Virus record (IMG/VR): IMGVR_UViG_3300028857_000005
Location: 1-64,000 of that record
Length of the DNA: 64,000 nt
Origin: a virus
Taxonomy: Duplodnaviria > Heunggongvirae > Uroviricota > Caudoviricetes
Strand: one strand, 5' to 3'
Shown here: positions 8,212 through 17,524 of the stretch, in pieces
Layout: the number at the start of each line of letters is the position of its first letter
Numbering within the stretch: the stretch's first letter is position 1
Program-made: the position numbers and the translations under genes
The notes under the pieces: model-generated
The model's database searches: none
Told to the model about the DNA's origin: nothing
What the model saw: the letters and a program-made list of their open reading frames with translations, nothing else

Positions 8212-8363
8212 ATCTTGTCAACGAATCCTTCACCCATGTACCCGTAAGGCACGCTGGTCTTCACCTTGAGAGTGGCATTGATGTCACCGTAGTTGAAATC
8301 AACAATGGCCCTGTCCACCTTGCAGTGGTCACAGATGGTGACGATGGTTGTCGTGGTTGCCAT
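8157..8363 (-). CDS. zinc-ribbon protein (68 aa; CDHC...CPTC)
   Basis: ORF with RBS aggag. Confidence 0.5.
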   Translation of the reverse strand: MATTTTIVTICDHCKVDRAIVDFNYGDINATLKVKTSVPYGYMGEGFVDKIWLCPTCTEQFLAWLYNR

Positions 8364-8371
8364 GCTAGCTC

Positions 8372-8545
8372 CTATTTGTCGGTCTTGTAGAATCCGTTAC
8401 CCTTGAAGTGTGTGGGGGTGGGAGTGAAGACCTTCTTCATGCCGCCGCCACACTTTGGGCATGTCTTCATGCTAGCATCATGGAAGCCGTGTGTCAACTC
8501 CGTGTAGGATTTGCACTGTAGGCACTTGTAATCATACTTGGGCAC
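8372..8545 (-). CDS. FmdB-family-like zinc-ribbon protein (57 aa, GTG start; PKYDYKCLQC...CPKCGGG)
   Basis: GTG directly after the TGA of the upstream thioredoxin gene. CxxC...CPxCG pattern. Confidence 0.4.
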   Translation of the reverse strand: MPKYDYKCLQCKSYTELTHGFHDASMKTCPKCGGGMKKVFTPTPTHFKGNGFYKTDK

Positions 8546-8803
8546 TCATGCACCTTCGTACAACTTGATCAGGTTGGGACGTGTCATTGCTCCGACTACC
8601 CTGCGCATTTCAGTTCCCATCTCATCGAACATAATGAAGGTAGGTGTACTCATGACACTAAAACCATCTGCTACGTCGGGGAATTTAAAGATATCGACTG
8701 ACTGAACGCTATACCCGCGCTCTTCGACCAACCTGTCCAGCGTTGGCTTGACCATCTTGCATGGCGCACATGTGGGGCTTGTGAACATTACAAGCTTCTT
8801 CAT
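8546..8803 (-). CDS. thioredoxin/glutaredoxin-like redox protein (85 aa, CAPC active site)
   Basis: ORF track entry. FTSPTCAPCK motif. Confidence 0.7.
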   Translation of the reverse strand: MKKLVMFTSPTCAPCKMVKPTLDRLVEERGYSVQSVDIFKFPDVADGFSVMSTPTFIMFDEMGTEMRRVVGAMTRPNLIKLYEGA

Positions 8804-9003
8804 TTAATCTCCAATTGGTTCGATGCTGTCCAGCTTCCACATGTCTTCGATGAAACGGTCTTCGTCAAGATAAACGCTCTCGTTCTCTTGTTCCGTCAAC
8901 TGCCATGCTTTGGCCTTCTCCCACGCCTCCTGTGCTGATTCGGCGCGAATCATAAGGTTAGCACATACCTGCGTCGAAACGCCAATGATGAACTGTTGGG
9001 TCA
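8804..9003 (-). CDS. hypothetical protein (start MTQQFII with RBS aggagg; ORF extends to 9064)
   Basis: An internal ATG with a strong SD is preferred. Confidence 0.45.
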
Positions 9004-9068
9004 TCCAAACCTCCTGTATAGTTCTGCTAGAACGAGCACAGCAACGATAGGGACCATGCCCCAAAGGG

Positions 9069-9572
9069 TCATTGATCCCATATCGTCACCGGAGCCACGT
9101 CATTGATGTAGGCAACCGTGAGCGTTTCGCTCTTTGCGTACTCCGTGATTTCTGCAATGTCTTGTGGATACAGGGTAGGGTTGAAACTACCCATATTCCA
9201 CCATTCAGCAAGGTTGATCGTCAAGCGCATGGCATGACGCCTGTGCTTGTCTGTGTCCGCCAATACAAAGTGACGGATGGTCCTTCTGTATGTGCGGATC
9301 AGTTCATTTTGGTCTGGTTCCATACCCGCGAACCAACCAGCATAGTCATCATGTACCCACTTGATAGGAGAGTAAAGTGCTTCCATAGCCTGCGGAACGC
9401 CTTTACCCACCTGTTGTACGAAGTTGGAGATGTGGAGCGTCACAACGTCAGACTTGCCAACGATAGATTGACCAGTCTTTGCTGTCGTGTCAACGATGTA
9501 CTCATCGAAGTCACTGTCAGCGTGTGCGAATCCGTACAGCCTAGAGCCTGTTATCGTTTTCAGAATCAACAT
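9069..9572 (-). CDS. nucleotidyltransferase-fold protein (minimal NTase motif GSRLYGFAHADSDFD)
   Basis: ORF track entry. GS-x9-DxD matches the Pol-beta superfamily signature. Confidence 0.5.
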   Translation of the reverse strand: MLILKTITGSRLYGFAHADSDFDEYIVDTTAKTGQSIVGKSDVVTLHISNFVQQVGKGVPQAMEALYSPIKWVHDDYAGWFAGMEPDQNELIRTYRRTIRHFVLADTDKHRRHAMRLTINLAEWWNMGSFNPTLYPQDIAEITEYAKSETLTVAYINDVAPVTIWDQ

Positions 9573-9704
9573 ATGCGGTTACCTTATCTATGTGCCATCC
9601 TTCTAGGATGAGGTCAAGAGCTTCTTCGGCAAAGAACTCCAAGTCCATTGTCGTAAATCCATCTCCCTGAGGGCAAGACCATTTGATTACAACTGATACA
9701 TCCA

Positions 9705-9917
9705 TTAGCTTTCCTTTTCATTCGTGTGCCAGAGGAATCCATCAACTGTCATCCTTGCACTACCGCCCTCAATAGCAAGCAGGTAAATACTGAATGCCAC
9801 TGACTCAGAGTATCCCTTGTAGAGGAATCCATTATTGGATGTAACTTCACAGTACGGACCAAACATTAGTCTTCCCATCCCGGCACGATTGTAGTTGGAA
9901 TGCCTTCTTCTGCCCAC
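9705..9917 (-). CDS. hypothetical protein (70 aa)
   Basis: ORF track entry in the chain. Weak. Confidence 0.35.
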   Translation of the reverse strand: MGRRRHSNYNRAGMGRLMFGPYCEVTSNNGFLYKGYSESVAFSIYLLAIEGGSARMTVDGFLWHTNEKES

Positions 9918-10300
9918 AATTGAATGACTGCGGGATTGTCGTCAAAGGCGTGAATCACGTTGTATCCGTGACCCCTGATTTGCTTAAGAATGTCCTTCTT
10001 GAGCACGTAGTCTGGGCGATCATCATCATTACCGCGCATCCACATACCGTCGCTAGGAATGTTATTGAGTGCAAGGAACCAAGCGGTGTGATTGCGCCAC
10101 TTGTGCTTCCGTGCTGTTACAATGAGAACAGCGATACCTAGGTCATGGAAGTCTCTCGCAAGTTCTGCCACCCACTCATGGGGAGGAACGTTTACGCCCT
10201 CTTCGTGGAACTTGTCGAAGTTCTTGTCTGGCTTTCCAGTTGCCCGAATGCCACGCAGGTAGTGACGGATGGAAGACACATCAGCTAGAGTGCCGTCCAT
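9866..10300 (-). CDS. HAD-superfamily phosphatase (DGTLADV motif I)
   Basis: ORF track entry. N-terminal MDGTL matches the HAD DxDGT motif. Confidence 0.6.
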   Translation of the reverse strand: MDGTLADVSSIRHYLRGIRATGKPDKNFDKFHEEGVNVPPHEWVAELARDFHDLGIAVLIVTARKHKWRNHTAWFLALNNIPSDGMWMRGNDDDRPDYVLKKDILKQIRGHGYNVIHAFDDNPAVIQLWAEEGIPTTIVPGWED

Positions 10301-10301
10301 G

Positions 10302-10757
10302 TCAATCGAAGATAACAGCGTCTTGCGTCATCATCTTCATTTTGATCACCCGTCTCTCTTTTGCTCTTAGCGCCGCGCACTTTCTACAGTGGCGCTGTTT
10401 CTTGGATACATACGTGTTTTCTTCGGTGAACTCATGCCCACGAACGCAATGTGTTTTGTTTATGTTCTGGTTCCTTGCTCTGAACCTTACCCTACGATCA
10501 TTGATGTTGTCAAGTTGGGTGCCGTCCAGAAGGTGATCTGGGTTCGTACAGATTGGGTTGTCGCATGTGTGCCTGACCACGGTAGGCCAATAGCCATGCT
10601 TAATGAAGTAAGAAACTCTGCTGGCTCTGAGCTTCGGTCCCTTTCTTCCTACTTGGAGATATGGATATCCGTTGCTATATGGCTTGTCTTTCCAGCCCCA
10701 ACAACCGTCACGAACAACAGCCTTCTGCCAGAACTTGTCTGCGTAGGCTGCGTCCAT
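10302..10757 (-). CDS. HNH homing endonuclease
   Basis: ORF track entry. HTCDNPICTNPDHL and HCVRGHEF motifs. Confidence 0.65.
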   Translation of the reverse strand: MDAAYADKFWQKAVVRDGCWGWKDKPYSNGYPYLQVGRKGPKLRASRVSYFIKHGYWPTVVRHTCDNPICTNPDHLLDGTQLDNINDRRVRFRARNQNINKTHCVRGHEFTEENTYVSKKQRHCRKCAALRAKERRVIKMKMMTQDAVIFD

Positions 10758-10770
10758 GTCTTCCTCCGTT

Positions 10771-11010
10771 CTACTTCTTAGTCTTGATAGCGGTGATCTT
10801 GTCCTTGCATACTTGGCTACCGCAGCAAGGTGCTGGGTGACCGTTCACTCGGAAGTAACCAGTAGCCATATCCTCGCACACTTTGCAAGGGATGTCAAGT
10901 TCGACACTGCGCCAAGTGAACAGGGTAGGGATGCCCTTACTAGACTTATCAAACATCGGTGGTAGCAGTGCCATGGTTCCTCCTAGACGTGTCGAATGAC
11001 CCTCAAGCAT
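10771..11010 (-). CDS. Cys-rich hypothetical protein (79 aa)
   Basis: ORF track entry. Confidence 0.4.
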   Translation of the reverse strand: MLEGHSTRLGGTMALLPPMFDKSSKGIPTLFTWRSVELDIPCKVCEDMATGYFRVNGHPAPCCGSQVCKDKITAIKTKK

Positions 11011-11294
11011 TCCCTGCCGGGGTCTACCTTACCGCACTGAGGACATCCCAGAGCAGCGTTGACCAATGTGTTCAGGCACTCTTGACAGAGCAGGTAGCGC
11101 GTGGTCATGCCACACTCACATACTACGTCAACGACCCATTCGGCCACACCCTCGAAACCAAACTCCTCATGGAACTTGGACTCACAAGGCAGGGCAATCT
11201 CAAAGTCGAGTGCGTTAAGAATGTCAATCTCATAATCCACTGCGGTTACTCCCATGGAATGCTCCCTAGTACTAGTGCGTCTGAGCGTAGCCAC
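10983..11294 (-). CDS. Cys-rich zinc-binding hypothetical protein (103 aa; CECG...CQEC...CPQCG)
   Basis: ORF track entry. Confidence 0.45.
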   Translation of the reverse strand: MATLRRTSTREHSMGVTAVDYEIDILNALDFEIALPCESKFHEEFGFEGVAEWVVDVVCECGMTTRYLLCQECLNTLVNAALGCPQCGKVDPGRECLRVIRHV

Positions 11295-11436
11295 ATTCTG
11301 AATTCAAGGACACATGGGATGTCCTTGCAGATTGAGAAGCCATGCTTGATTGATCCAAGTTGGACCATAATGTATCTCTCTGACTCTTCAAGGCAGACGA
11401 GACAGTAATGTGGTTCGGCATATAAGGTTGCGTACA

Positions 11437-11832
11437 TTACTCTCCTAGTTGCTTGACAGGGATACCAGCTTCAAGAGCCATCTTCATTGTGCCCCTCGTT
11501 CCTCTGGACTCACCCAAGGGGAATGCTAGCACGATGTCTGGCTTGCTGTCAACCATGACCCTGTTGCGCTTGGGACCAGCACTACGACCAAGAGACCAAT
11601 CAGCAGGGTAGCGCTCAATGTAGAGTCCACGGACGTAATCGTCCATCTTGTGCCAGTACCAATCTTCTGCCAGAGCGTCTGCGCCTGTTGGGCAGGCTCC
11701 ATGTACTAGGGTCATGCCATCGTTGCCGTGCATTGAACTATATTCAAGCTCGAACTCAAGGGCAGACCAGAGCACACGTCCCTGTCCATAGCCTCTGTCG
11801 AGGTTACGACTTCCTGTTACGAGAACTCTGTG
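11437..11832 (-). CDS. SLOG/DUF2493-like Rossmann-fold protein (start MHRVLVTGSRN with RBS ggaagga; ORF extends to 11952)
   Basis: Motifs VTGSR...HGACPTGADALAE...GPKRNRVM...AFPLGESRGT. Family recalled from memory. Confidence 0.4.
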   Translation of the reverse strand, partial: HRVLVTGSRNLDRGYGQGRVLWSALEFELEYSSMHGNDGMTLVHGACPTGADALAEDWYWHKMDDYVRGLYIERYPADWSLGRSAGPKRNRVMVDSKPDIVLAFPLGESRGTRGTMKMALEAGIPVKQLGE

Positions 11833-12070
11833 CATTCTGAACTCCTTCCACGATCTTCCAGATGCCAATACCGATGGCACACAAGATAACCAAAGGCCAG
11901 AACAGGACAGTAACAACGGCACCAAGACAAGCGAAACCAACAATGACTCCAATCATGTCCCAGCCAAAGTCATAGTTACTCTTCACCTTATTGATGGTGA
12001 TGGGAATGCCGATGGGCGGAACCAAGGCTCCAAGCAACATACCAATAGTGAAATAGATAGGTGGATTCAT
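11804..12070 (-). CDS. membrane protein (88 aa)
   Basis: ORF track entry with TM segments. Confidence 0.5.
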   Translation of the reverse strand: MNPPIYFTIGMLLGALVPPIGIPITINKVKSNYDFGWDMIGVIVGFACLGAVVTVLFWPLVILCAIGIGIWKIVEGVQNAQSSRNRKS

Positions 12071-12348
12071 TTTACTTCCTCGTAGGTGTTGATGAAATCG
12101 TAGTTGGAGAGGAACCAGACACGACCGTAGTTGATGACTGCCCAGTCACCCGAGACCGGGGTCATGAGGGAGGGGTCGAACTCGGACGCCTGATTGATCC
12201 ACTTGATACCGCTGTCTTCAACGATGGTGAACGTGAACGCATGACCGAACATGTCGTTCAGGAAATCAACGACCTCCTGCATGTTGTCGTAGTCGATCTG
12301 GAATGCCTTGAGAGTGTTCTCGATGGGAGTGACGGTTTTGATGTTCAT
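12067..12348 (-). CDS. hypothetical protein (93 aa)
   Basis: ORF track entry. Start/stop coupling with the neighbour. Confidence 0.55.
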   Translation of the reverse strand: MNIKTVTPIENTLKAFQIDYDNMQEVVDFLNDMFGHAFTFTIVEDSGIKWINQASEFDPSLMTPVSGDWAVINYGRVWFLSNYDFINTYEEVK

Positions 12349-12422
12349 GGTTCCTCCTGTAACACAAAGCCCCTGTGGCTTGTTAGTTATAACTTACCAC
12401 AGGGACTTCATGATGTCAAATC

Positions 12423-13118
12423 TTAGTGCTTGCGCTTGTATCCGAACTTAGACCAGATAACCAAGCCAGTACCACCGACGAGACCTAGAGCAATCAACCA
12501 CCATACCCATACCGGCCAGTCAAGACCAGTCTTGGCAAGCTGAGAACCTTCACCAACGATTGTCTTAATCTTGGTAGTCTCAACTGTTGCTGTCGAGAGA
12601 GCAGTCTCGGTTGCCGTTGCTGTTTCCGTCACAGCAGGCAACGTAGTTGTCTCTGTAGCAGTAGCAGTAGTTGTAGCAGTCACAGTCTCAGCAGGAAGAG
12701 TAGCAGTCTCAGTGACGAAAGACGTTGCCGTCTCTGTCGCTGTAGCAGTCTCAGTAGCTGTTACCGTCTGAGTTGGAGCAACTTCCGTAATGGTCGTTGT
12801 AGGACCGGGAGTTGTAACTGTCTTGGTTTCAGTAGCCGTAGCAGTTGCCCAAGATGTGGCAGTGACAGTTTCAGCAGGCTTTGTCACGGTGCTCGTAGGG
12901 CCGGGAACGGTAATCTTAACCGTTGCCGTCTGCGTAGGACCGGGAATAGTCTTTGTAGCTGTTGCTGTTACAGTCTTTGTCGGAGGGCAAGGTGGGCACT
13001 TATCCTTGCAATCCGTGTTCGAGCCTCCACCACCACCAGCAAAGGCGACATTCATTCCGAGAATGATCAGCCCAAGCGTGGCAAGCATGATGGAGAACGA
13101 CTGGATAATCTTTCTCAT
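12423..13118 (-). CDS. secreted cell-wall-anchored repeat protein: signal peptide, Cys/Pro hinge, T-A-T-E tandem repeats, C-terminal LAKTG sortase (class E, LAXTG) motif + TM + KRKH
   Basis: ORF track entry. N-term MRKIIQSFSIMLATLGLIILGMNVAFA. C-term LAKTG followed by a hydrophobic stretch and a basic tail. Confidence 0.65.
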   Translation of the reverse strand: MRKIIQSFSIMLATLGLIILGMNVAFAGGGGGSNTDCKDKCPPCPPTKTVTATATKTIPGPTQTATVKITVPGPTSTVTKPAETVTATSWATATATETKTVTTPGPTTTITEVAPTQTVTATETATATETATSFVTETATLPAETVTATTTATATETTTLPAVTETATATETALSTATVETTKIKTIVGEGSQLAKTGLDWPVWVWWLIALGLVGGTGLVIWSKFGYKRKH

Positions 13119-13226
13119 TGTTCCCCCTTTAGTTGTATGACACTTGTGTGGTAGCTACCTTACATGCTACCAATGCACCTACAGCTACCCCCGCCAAAAC
13201 GAGGGTAGCCATAAGAATGAACTTCA

Positions 13227-13643
13227 TTATACGGTACGTACAGTGAAGGTAGCGCGGTAGTCCATCTGTGCGAATGCCTTACGGAAACCTGCGATGTTTC
13301 GGTAAAGCTGCGTGGACGTAGCGGAGTCGAAATACTTCTTCACGATTGCATGGCGAAGATCACGGTTCTCATCACCGCGAGCATCTGCAATCTGCTTGCC
13401 AACGAAGTCAAGCAGTTCGAGGTCTTGGTAAGAAACCTTGATGCCGGTCTCCCACTCAGGCCAACCGCGAACGATGAACCTGCGGAAGAACGACAGGAGT
13501 TCCTTGTCGATGTCATGAAGCTCGGTGATAACCTTGCCTGTGGATCGCTTGGGGATGTCATAGCCGTATTCCTTGAGCAGTTCGATGGCGTCAAGCGCCT
13601 CCTGCGGAGTCTTTACGTCATTCTGGATGATCTGAAAAGTCAT
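13227..13643 (-). CDS. hypothetical protein (138 aa)
   Basis: ORF track entry. Confidence 0.5.
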   Translation of the reverse strand: MTFQIIQNDVKTPQEALDAIELLKEYGYDIPKRSTGKVITELHDIDKELLSFFRRFIVRGWPEWETGIKVSYQDLELLDFVGKQIADARGDENRDLRHAIVKKYFDSATSTQLYRNIAGFRKAFAQMDYRATFTVRTV

Positions 13644-13809
13644 TGTGTTTTCCTTTACTCTGTGTTGTTACCTGAGTCTAGCACGTCGAGGATGCTCTTG
13701 TCAAGAGTACCCCGACGCCTAGCCCTGTTGATGTTCTGCCTAACCATGCAGTACATCGCATCGTCATCTGTGATGAAGCCTAGCCATACTGCTAGTGAGA
13801 GAATGTAGC

Positions 13810-14112
13810 TCAACGGAAGTCTCGCTTGTCTTGACGTTCCTTCTCAAGCTTCTGGTTTTCTTCTCTCGCCTTCTTACGCTTTGCCTGCACCATGGCGTCA
13901 GACACCAGCGTTGCAAAGATGAAGGTAAGGAAGATGATGATTGCGATTGCAAGGAAGATTGCGAATCCGATCCAGAGCGGAGCGAATACCCAAATCCAAT
14001 CCCATGTTGCAAAGGGAGCTACACCGCTAACCTTGAGCCAGACGAAGAGTCCAGACAAGAGTACGGCAGCAATTCCTCCACCACTAACTGTCGTGCTCTG
14101 GGTCTGGTTCAT
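13810..14112 (-). CDS. membrane protein (100 aa)
   Basis: ORF track entry with TM helices and a basic C-term. Confidence 0.5.
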   Translation of the reverse strand: MNQTQSTTVSGGGIAAVLLSGLFVWLKVSGVAPFATWDWIWVFAPLWIGFAIFLAIAIIIFLTFIFATLVSDAMVQAKRKKAREENQKLEKERQDKRDFR

Positions 14113-14312
14113 CGCGGTGTTACCTTGTACTCCACTGTGGCACAGATATCATTGGAGTCAACCCTAATAACGTTTCCGCCGCGAGCGACACAGGCGTTGT
14201 TCAGGTTCTGCCAACCAATGTGGCCCATAACCATGCTGGTTGCTGCCATGCTAAGCAGAATGGTAGCAATTCCGGTGGCAACCCAAGCTGCCATCTTTTC
14301 TCCGTACGTCAT
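14109..14312 (-). CDS. small membrane protein (67 aa)
   Basis: ORF track entry. ATGA overlap with the phosphoesterase gene. Confidence 0.45.
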   Translation of the reverse strand: MTYGEKMAAWVATGIATILLSMAATSMVMGHIGWQNLNNACVARGGNVIRVDSNDICATVEYKVTPR

Positions 14313-15016
14313 TTCATTTCCTCCGTGTCGATGATTGTCATGTATTCCGACAGCGGGTTACCGCTGCAATTGAGACCTTGGATGGTCGTTTCTCCCCACG
14401 GCTCAGCGTGAACATCGATATAGGGAACGTGGAAGTGCCCATGGAATACGAACTTGGGCTTAGCTTCCTTGTAGACGATCTTGATGAGCGTCCTGTGTGC
14501 TGCACTGATAGCCAGATCAACCCTTGGGAAGGAAGACTTGGAGTCATCCATCATGGGAGGTAGATAAGGTGCGTCATGCATAAGCATAACACTAGTACCC
14601 GGTGCCTTGTCAAATGCGCTAGCAATCTCACCAAAAGTGAGTGCTTCCTGAGGCCACCAAGACCTACCAATATCACGATACTGGCGATCAACCGAAGTAG
14701 CTCCACCAACAAACATGAACTTAACTCCGTCGATTTCCTCAGTGGAACCGCGAGGATGGTACTTGAACTGCGGACCCAAATCAAAGCCAAGGCTCTGTAG
14801 TTTGTCGAAGTTCTCATGGTTGCCATCGATCCATTCGATGATCAGACCACATGCAGCACCAGCAATCGTGAGTTCATACACGAAGCTGTCTGTGAAGTTG
14901 TAGCCGAAGTCACCTAGGAAGATGATGCGCTCAGCGCCCATGTCAGCGGCATGGTAAATAGCTGTCAGAGCGTCGGTGGTTCCACCATGTACGTCTCCTA
15001 CCAGTGCAATCTTCAT
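14309..15016 (-). CDS. calcineurin-like metallophosphoesterase (Ser/Thr phosphatase family)
   Basis: Motifs GDVHG, GDFG, GNHE. Confidence 0.75.
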   Translation of the reverse strand: MKIALVGDVHGGTTDALTAIYHAADMGAERIIFLGDFGYNFTDSFVYELTIAGAACGLIIEWIDGNHENFDKLQSLGFDLGPQFKYHPRGSTEEIDGVKFMFVGGATSVDRQYRDIGRSWWPQEALTFGEIASAFDKAPGTSVMLMHDAPYLPPMMDDSKSSFPRVDLAISAAHRTLIKIVYKEAKPKFVFHGHFHVPYIDVHAEPWGETTIQGLNCSGNPLSEYMTIIDTEEMK

Positions 15017-15255
15017 CTAAGGTTCCCTCCTAGCTTTCTTACTTCAATGTACTTTACTGCTCGGTCGTTGATCGTGACATACTCGTCACGGGCTTCACTC
15101 GGGGTGGTGAAGAGTCTTGTGTAGTCGGTTCCACCCCGTACGTTGTACCCCTGAAATCTCTGGGTGCTCTCAGCATACGTGGTGGCATCTTTCCACTTGA
15201 CGTAGACCTCAATGGTCGGATTGGGCCTGACTGACGGCTGTTCAAAGTCTGTCAT
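15013..15255 (-). CDS. hypothetical protein (80 aa)
   Basis: ORF track entry. Confidence 0.45.
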   Translation of the reverse strand: MTDFEQPSVRPNPTIEVYVKWKDATTYAESTQRFQGYNVRGGTDYTRLFTTPSEARDEYVTINDRAVKYIEVRKLGGNLR

Positions 15256-15533
15256 TCGTTACAACTCCATCCGTCTCGTTCCAACCTTGTGAGACTAGAG
15301 TACACAACGATGACGTGCCTGTCAAGTTCACCATGGAAGTAGGTAACCACATAGTTTCCCATGCATACCTTCACGGTGTACTCACTGTCATCCCAGTCAC
15401 TCAACCAGAACTCATTATTGGCTGAGTCATACTGCCAATCAAGGCCAGACGCTTTAAGCCAATTGATGAATTCAATGTTGTTGTGACCTGTCCAGCGAGC
15501 ACACTCAGCTTCGAGCTTGCGTGAGACCTTCAC
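15252..15533 (-). CDS. hypothetical protein (93 aa)
   Basis: ORF track entry. Confidence 0.45.
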   Translation of the reverse strand: MKVSRKLEAECARWTGHNNIEFINWLKASGLDWQYDSANNEFWLSDWDDSEYTVKVCMGNYVVTYFHGELDRHVIVVYSSLTRLERDGWSCNE

Positions 15534-15724
15534 TCATTGTCCTCAGTATATGCCGCAAAGAGAGCGGTAAGTCCAGAGGCAACTGCCATGATGAGGAAGA
15601 AGACAAACATGGGCCAACCAACAGCGCCACCAAATCCGATTGCCGAAGCAATTGTTGCAACGAGCAGAGCAACCGCAATGATTGCTCCTGCTCCTGCCAT
15701 GTAGAAGAGCTTGTGTGCTGTCAT
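15530..15724 (-). CDS. small membrane protein (64 aa)
   Basis: ORF track entry. Confidence 0.45.
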   Translation of the reverse strand: MTAHKLFYMAGAGAIIAVALLVATIASAIGFGGAVGWPMFVFFLIMAVASGLTALFAAYTEDNE

Positions 15725-16113
15725 CGTGCGATCCTGTATCCAGACCCGTAGTCCTTGATCCGTGGCTTCGTAGTGAAGTTTGTTTCCTCAGAGCGAGAGA
15801 AGTTCTTCTCGTCCTTATTGAATGCTTCCTTGGCTACCCTTGCAGCTTCCTTGGCGATAGCATCTGCTGCCGCCTTCTTATCAGCCTTGACCTTCTCGAT
15901 TGCACCAATGACCCTATCAACGAGCCTATTGACGAACCATACAAGAAGAGCAATGATTTCAACTGGAATGACAATCCACCAGAAGGAGAACGACAGAACC
16001 TGAGCGATTGACGTGGGGAAGTAATCGTCAATCCTGCTGTCAGTCTTGACCCATACGGTAGTGACAATCAGACTAACGAATCCAATTGCCACATACCACA
16101 GGAAGATATCCAT
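15721..16113 (-). CDS. membrane protein (130 aa)
   Basis: ORF track entry. Confidence 0.5.
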   Translation of the reverse strand: MDIFLWYVAIGFVSLIVTTVWVKTDSRIDDYFPTSIAQVLSFSFWWIVIPVEIIALLVWFVNRLVDRVIGAIEKVKADKKAAADAIAKEAARVAKEAFNKDEKNFSRSEETNFTTKPRIKDYGSGYRIAR

Positions 16114-16115
16114 GA

Positions 16116-16625
16116 TCAGTCTTCCGATGCCTTGATGTCGATGGCAGAAGCGATCTGTTCTGCAACCTTCTTCTCAGCCTCATCCTTGGAACGGGCCTTC
16201 ATATTGATCGTGGCGTTGAGACCGTTGATCTTGGTGACAACCTTGAAGTTGCGCTCACGACCGGGGATACCAAGAGCAGATGCCATGGTGTCAAAGGTGG
16301 TGCAGTAGCCCTGTGCGGTTGCGTACTTGGCAACGTCCAGCCAAATCCAGTCGATACGAGGATCGTCAATGGCGATCATGCCCTCAGGAGTCTCACCATA
16401 CTTGCGAGCGCGGGGAGCGTTGGGGTCGGTGACAGTGATGTCACTCTTGGCAACCCAGTACGATCCTGCCCATCCACCACTCGGGCGAAGGTTGGTGACG
16501 TAAATCTTGTGCGTGGTGACGCGAGTAATGGTGCCAACTGCCTCAACACCCTGCTTGTCGTAGTAGCTGCCGTTCAGAGCAGTTCCAGCCGGAACGGTGA
16601 CCTTCTGACCAATTTCGAAATCCAT
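16116..16625 (-). CDS. hypothetical protein (169 aa)
   Basis: ORF track entry. Confidence 0.55.
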   Translation of the reverse strand: MDFEIGQKVTVPAGTALNGSYYDKQGVEAVGTITRVTTHKIYVTNLRPSGGWAGSYWVAKSDITVTDPNAPRARKYGETPEGMIAIDDPRIDWIWLDVAKYATAQGYCTTFDTMASALGIPGRERNFKVVTKINGLNATINMKARSKDEAEKKVAEQIASAIDIKASED

Positions 16626-16672
16626 TGTGTTTTCCTTTGTTCGTGGTTGTTTACAGAGTAAGCGTAGCAGCT

Positions 16673-16984
16673 TTAGGAGAGGCTGTCAAGTTCCTCTTTG
16701 TACCGGTCGATATCAGCCTGATTTCTGGCAATCATGGTTTCGAGCATGGCCTTCTGCTTTGCAACAGAATTAGACTTAACATCGTCCATGGTTTCCATGA
16801 CCTTCTCGCCATCCCAGTGATTGTGGTCGAAGTGGACTCGCATGAAGTTACGCATAAAGATGTCCTGAGACATATCCGTACCCACCAATTTGCCGTTGAG
16901 GTACCAAGCACTGGGGATGTAAACCTCTCCTCGGCCTGCCGGTGAATTTCCACGGAAGAAATGGATCGGGAGTTCATCACTCAT
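16673..16984 (-). CDS. hypothetical protein (start MSDELPIHFF; ORF extends to 17185)
   Basis: An internal start removes a 200-nt overlap with the upstream gene. Confidence 0.45.
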   Translation of the reverse strand: MSDELPIHFFRGNSPAGRGEVYIPSAWYLNGKLVGTDMSQDIFMRNFMRVHFDHNHWDGEKVMETMDDVKSNSVAKQKAMLETMIARNQADIDRYKEELDSLS

Positions 16985-17444
16985 TGTAGTAGCTACCCAG
17001 ATCGATGAAGTAAGCCGGATCATTAAGAATGTCGTCAAGATCAACCTCTCCGACAACCTTCTCGTCGTCGTACAACCTGAGGACATTCTTGTCAAGGTCG
17101 AAGACGTAGCCGTACTCTTGGAAACCAACGGTCTCAACCATGACACCAGCTTCAAGCTGCCGCTCGAAGTCACCCTGCAAGTCACGGAGCAGCGAGTACC
17201 AGTCCTTGCCGGTGCTCACATCATGCCAGAACTCACCATATGTTGCCTGCTCAGCGTCTGTTGGCTTGGCATCCTCACCAACCATGACGATTGCACGGAC
17301 GCGGTCCTTGAGTGTATTAAGGTCCGTCTTCCTGAATGCCTTCATCAGGTCCGAACCCAATCCCTCAGGATAGCTGTCGAAGTGATTGTAGGTGAACTTG
17401 TCCTGTCCATCAACTACGAATCCCCAAAATCCTCTGGTTCCCAT
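16977..17444 (-). CDS. hypothetical protein (155 aa)
   Basis: ORF track entry. Confidence 0.55.
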   Translation of the reverse strand: MGTRGFWGFVVDGQDKFTYNHFDSYPEGLGSDLMKAFRKTDLNTLKDRVRAIVMVGEDAKPTDAEQATYGEFWHDVSTGKDWYSLLRDLQGDFERQLEAGVMVETVGFQEYGYVFDLDKNVLRLYDDEKVVGEVDLDDILNDPAYFIDLGSYYNE

Positions 17445-17524
17445 TGTCGTACCTTTCGTCGTGTTGTTAGTAAGAGCATAGCAAAGAGCAGGACTCTTGT
17501 CAAGTCCTGCCCTAAGCTAGTCGC

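Noticed and set aside
12571-13000. Tandem acagtc/gcagtagc repeats considered as a CRISPR-like or satellite array
   Set aside because: They are in-frame codon repeats (TVTATETATATET) inside the LAXTG surface-protein gene.
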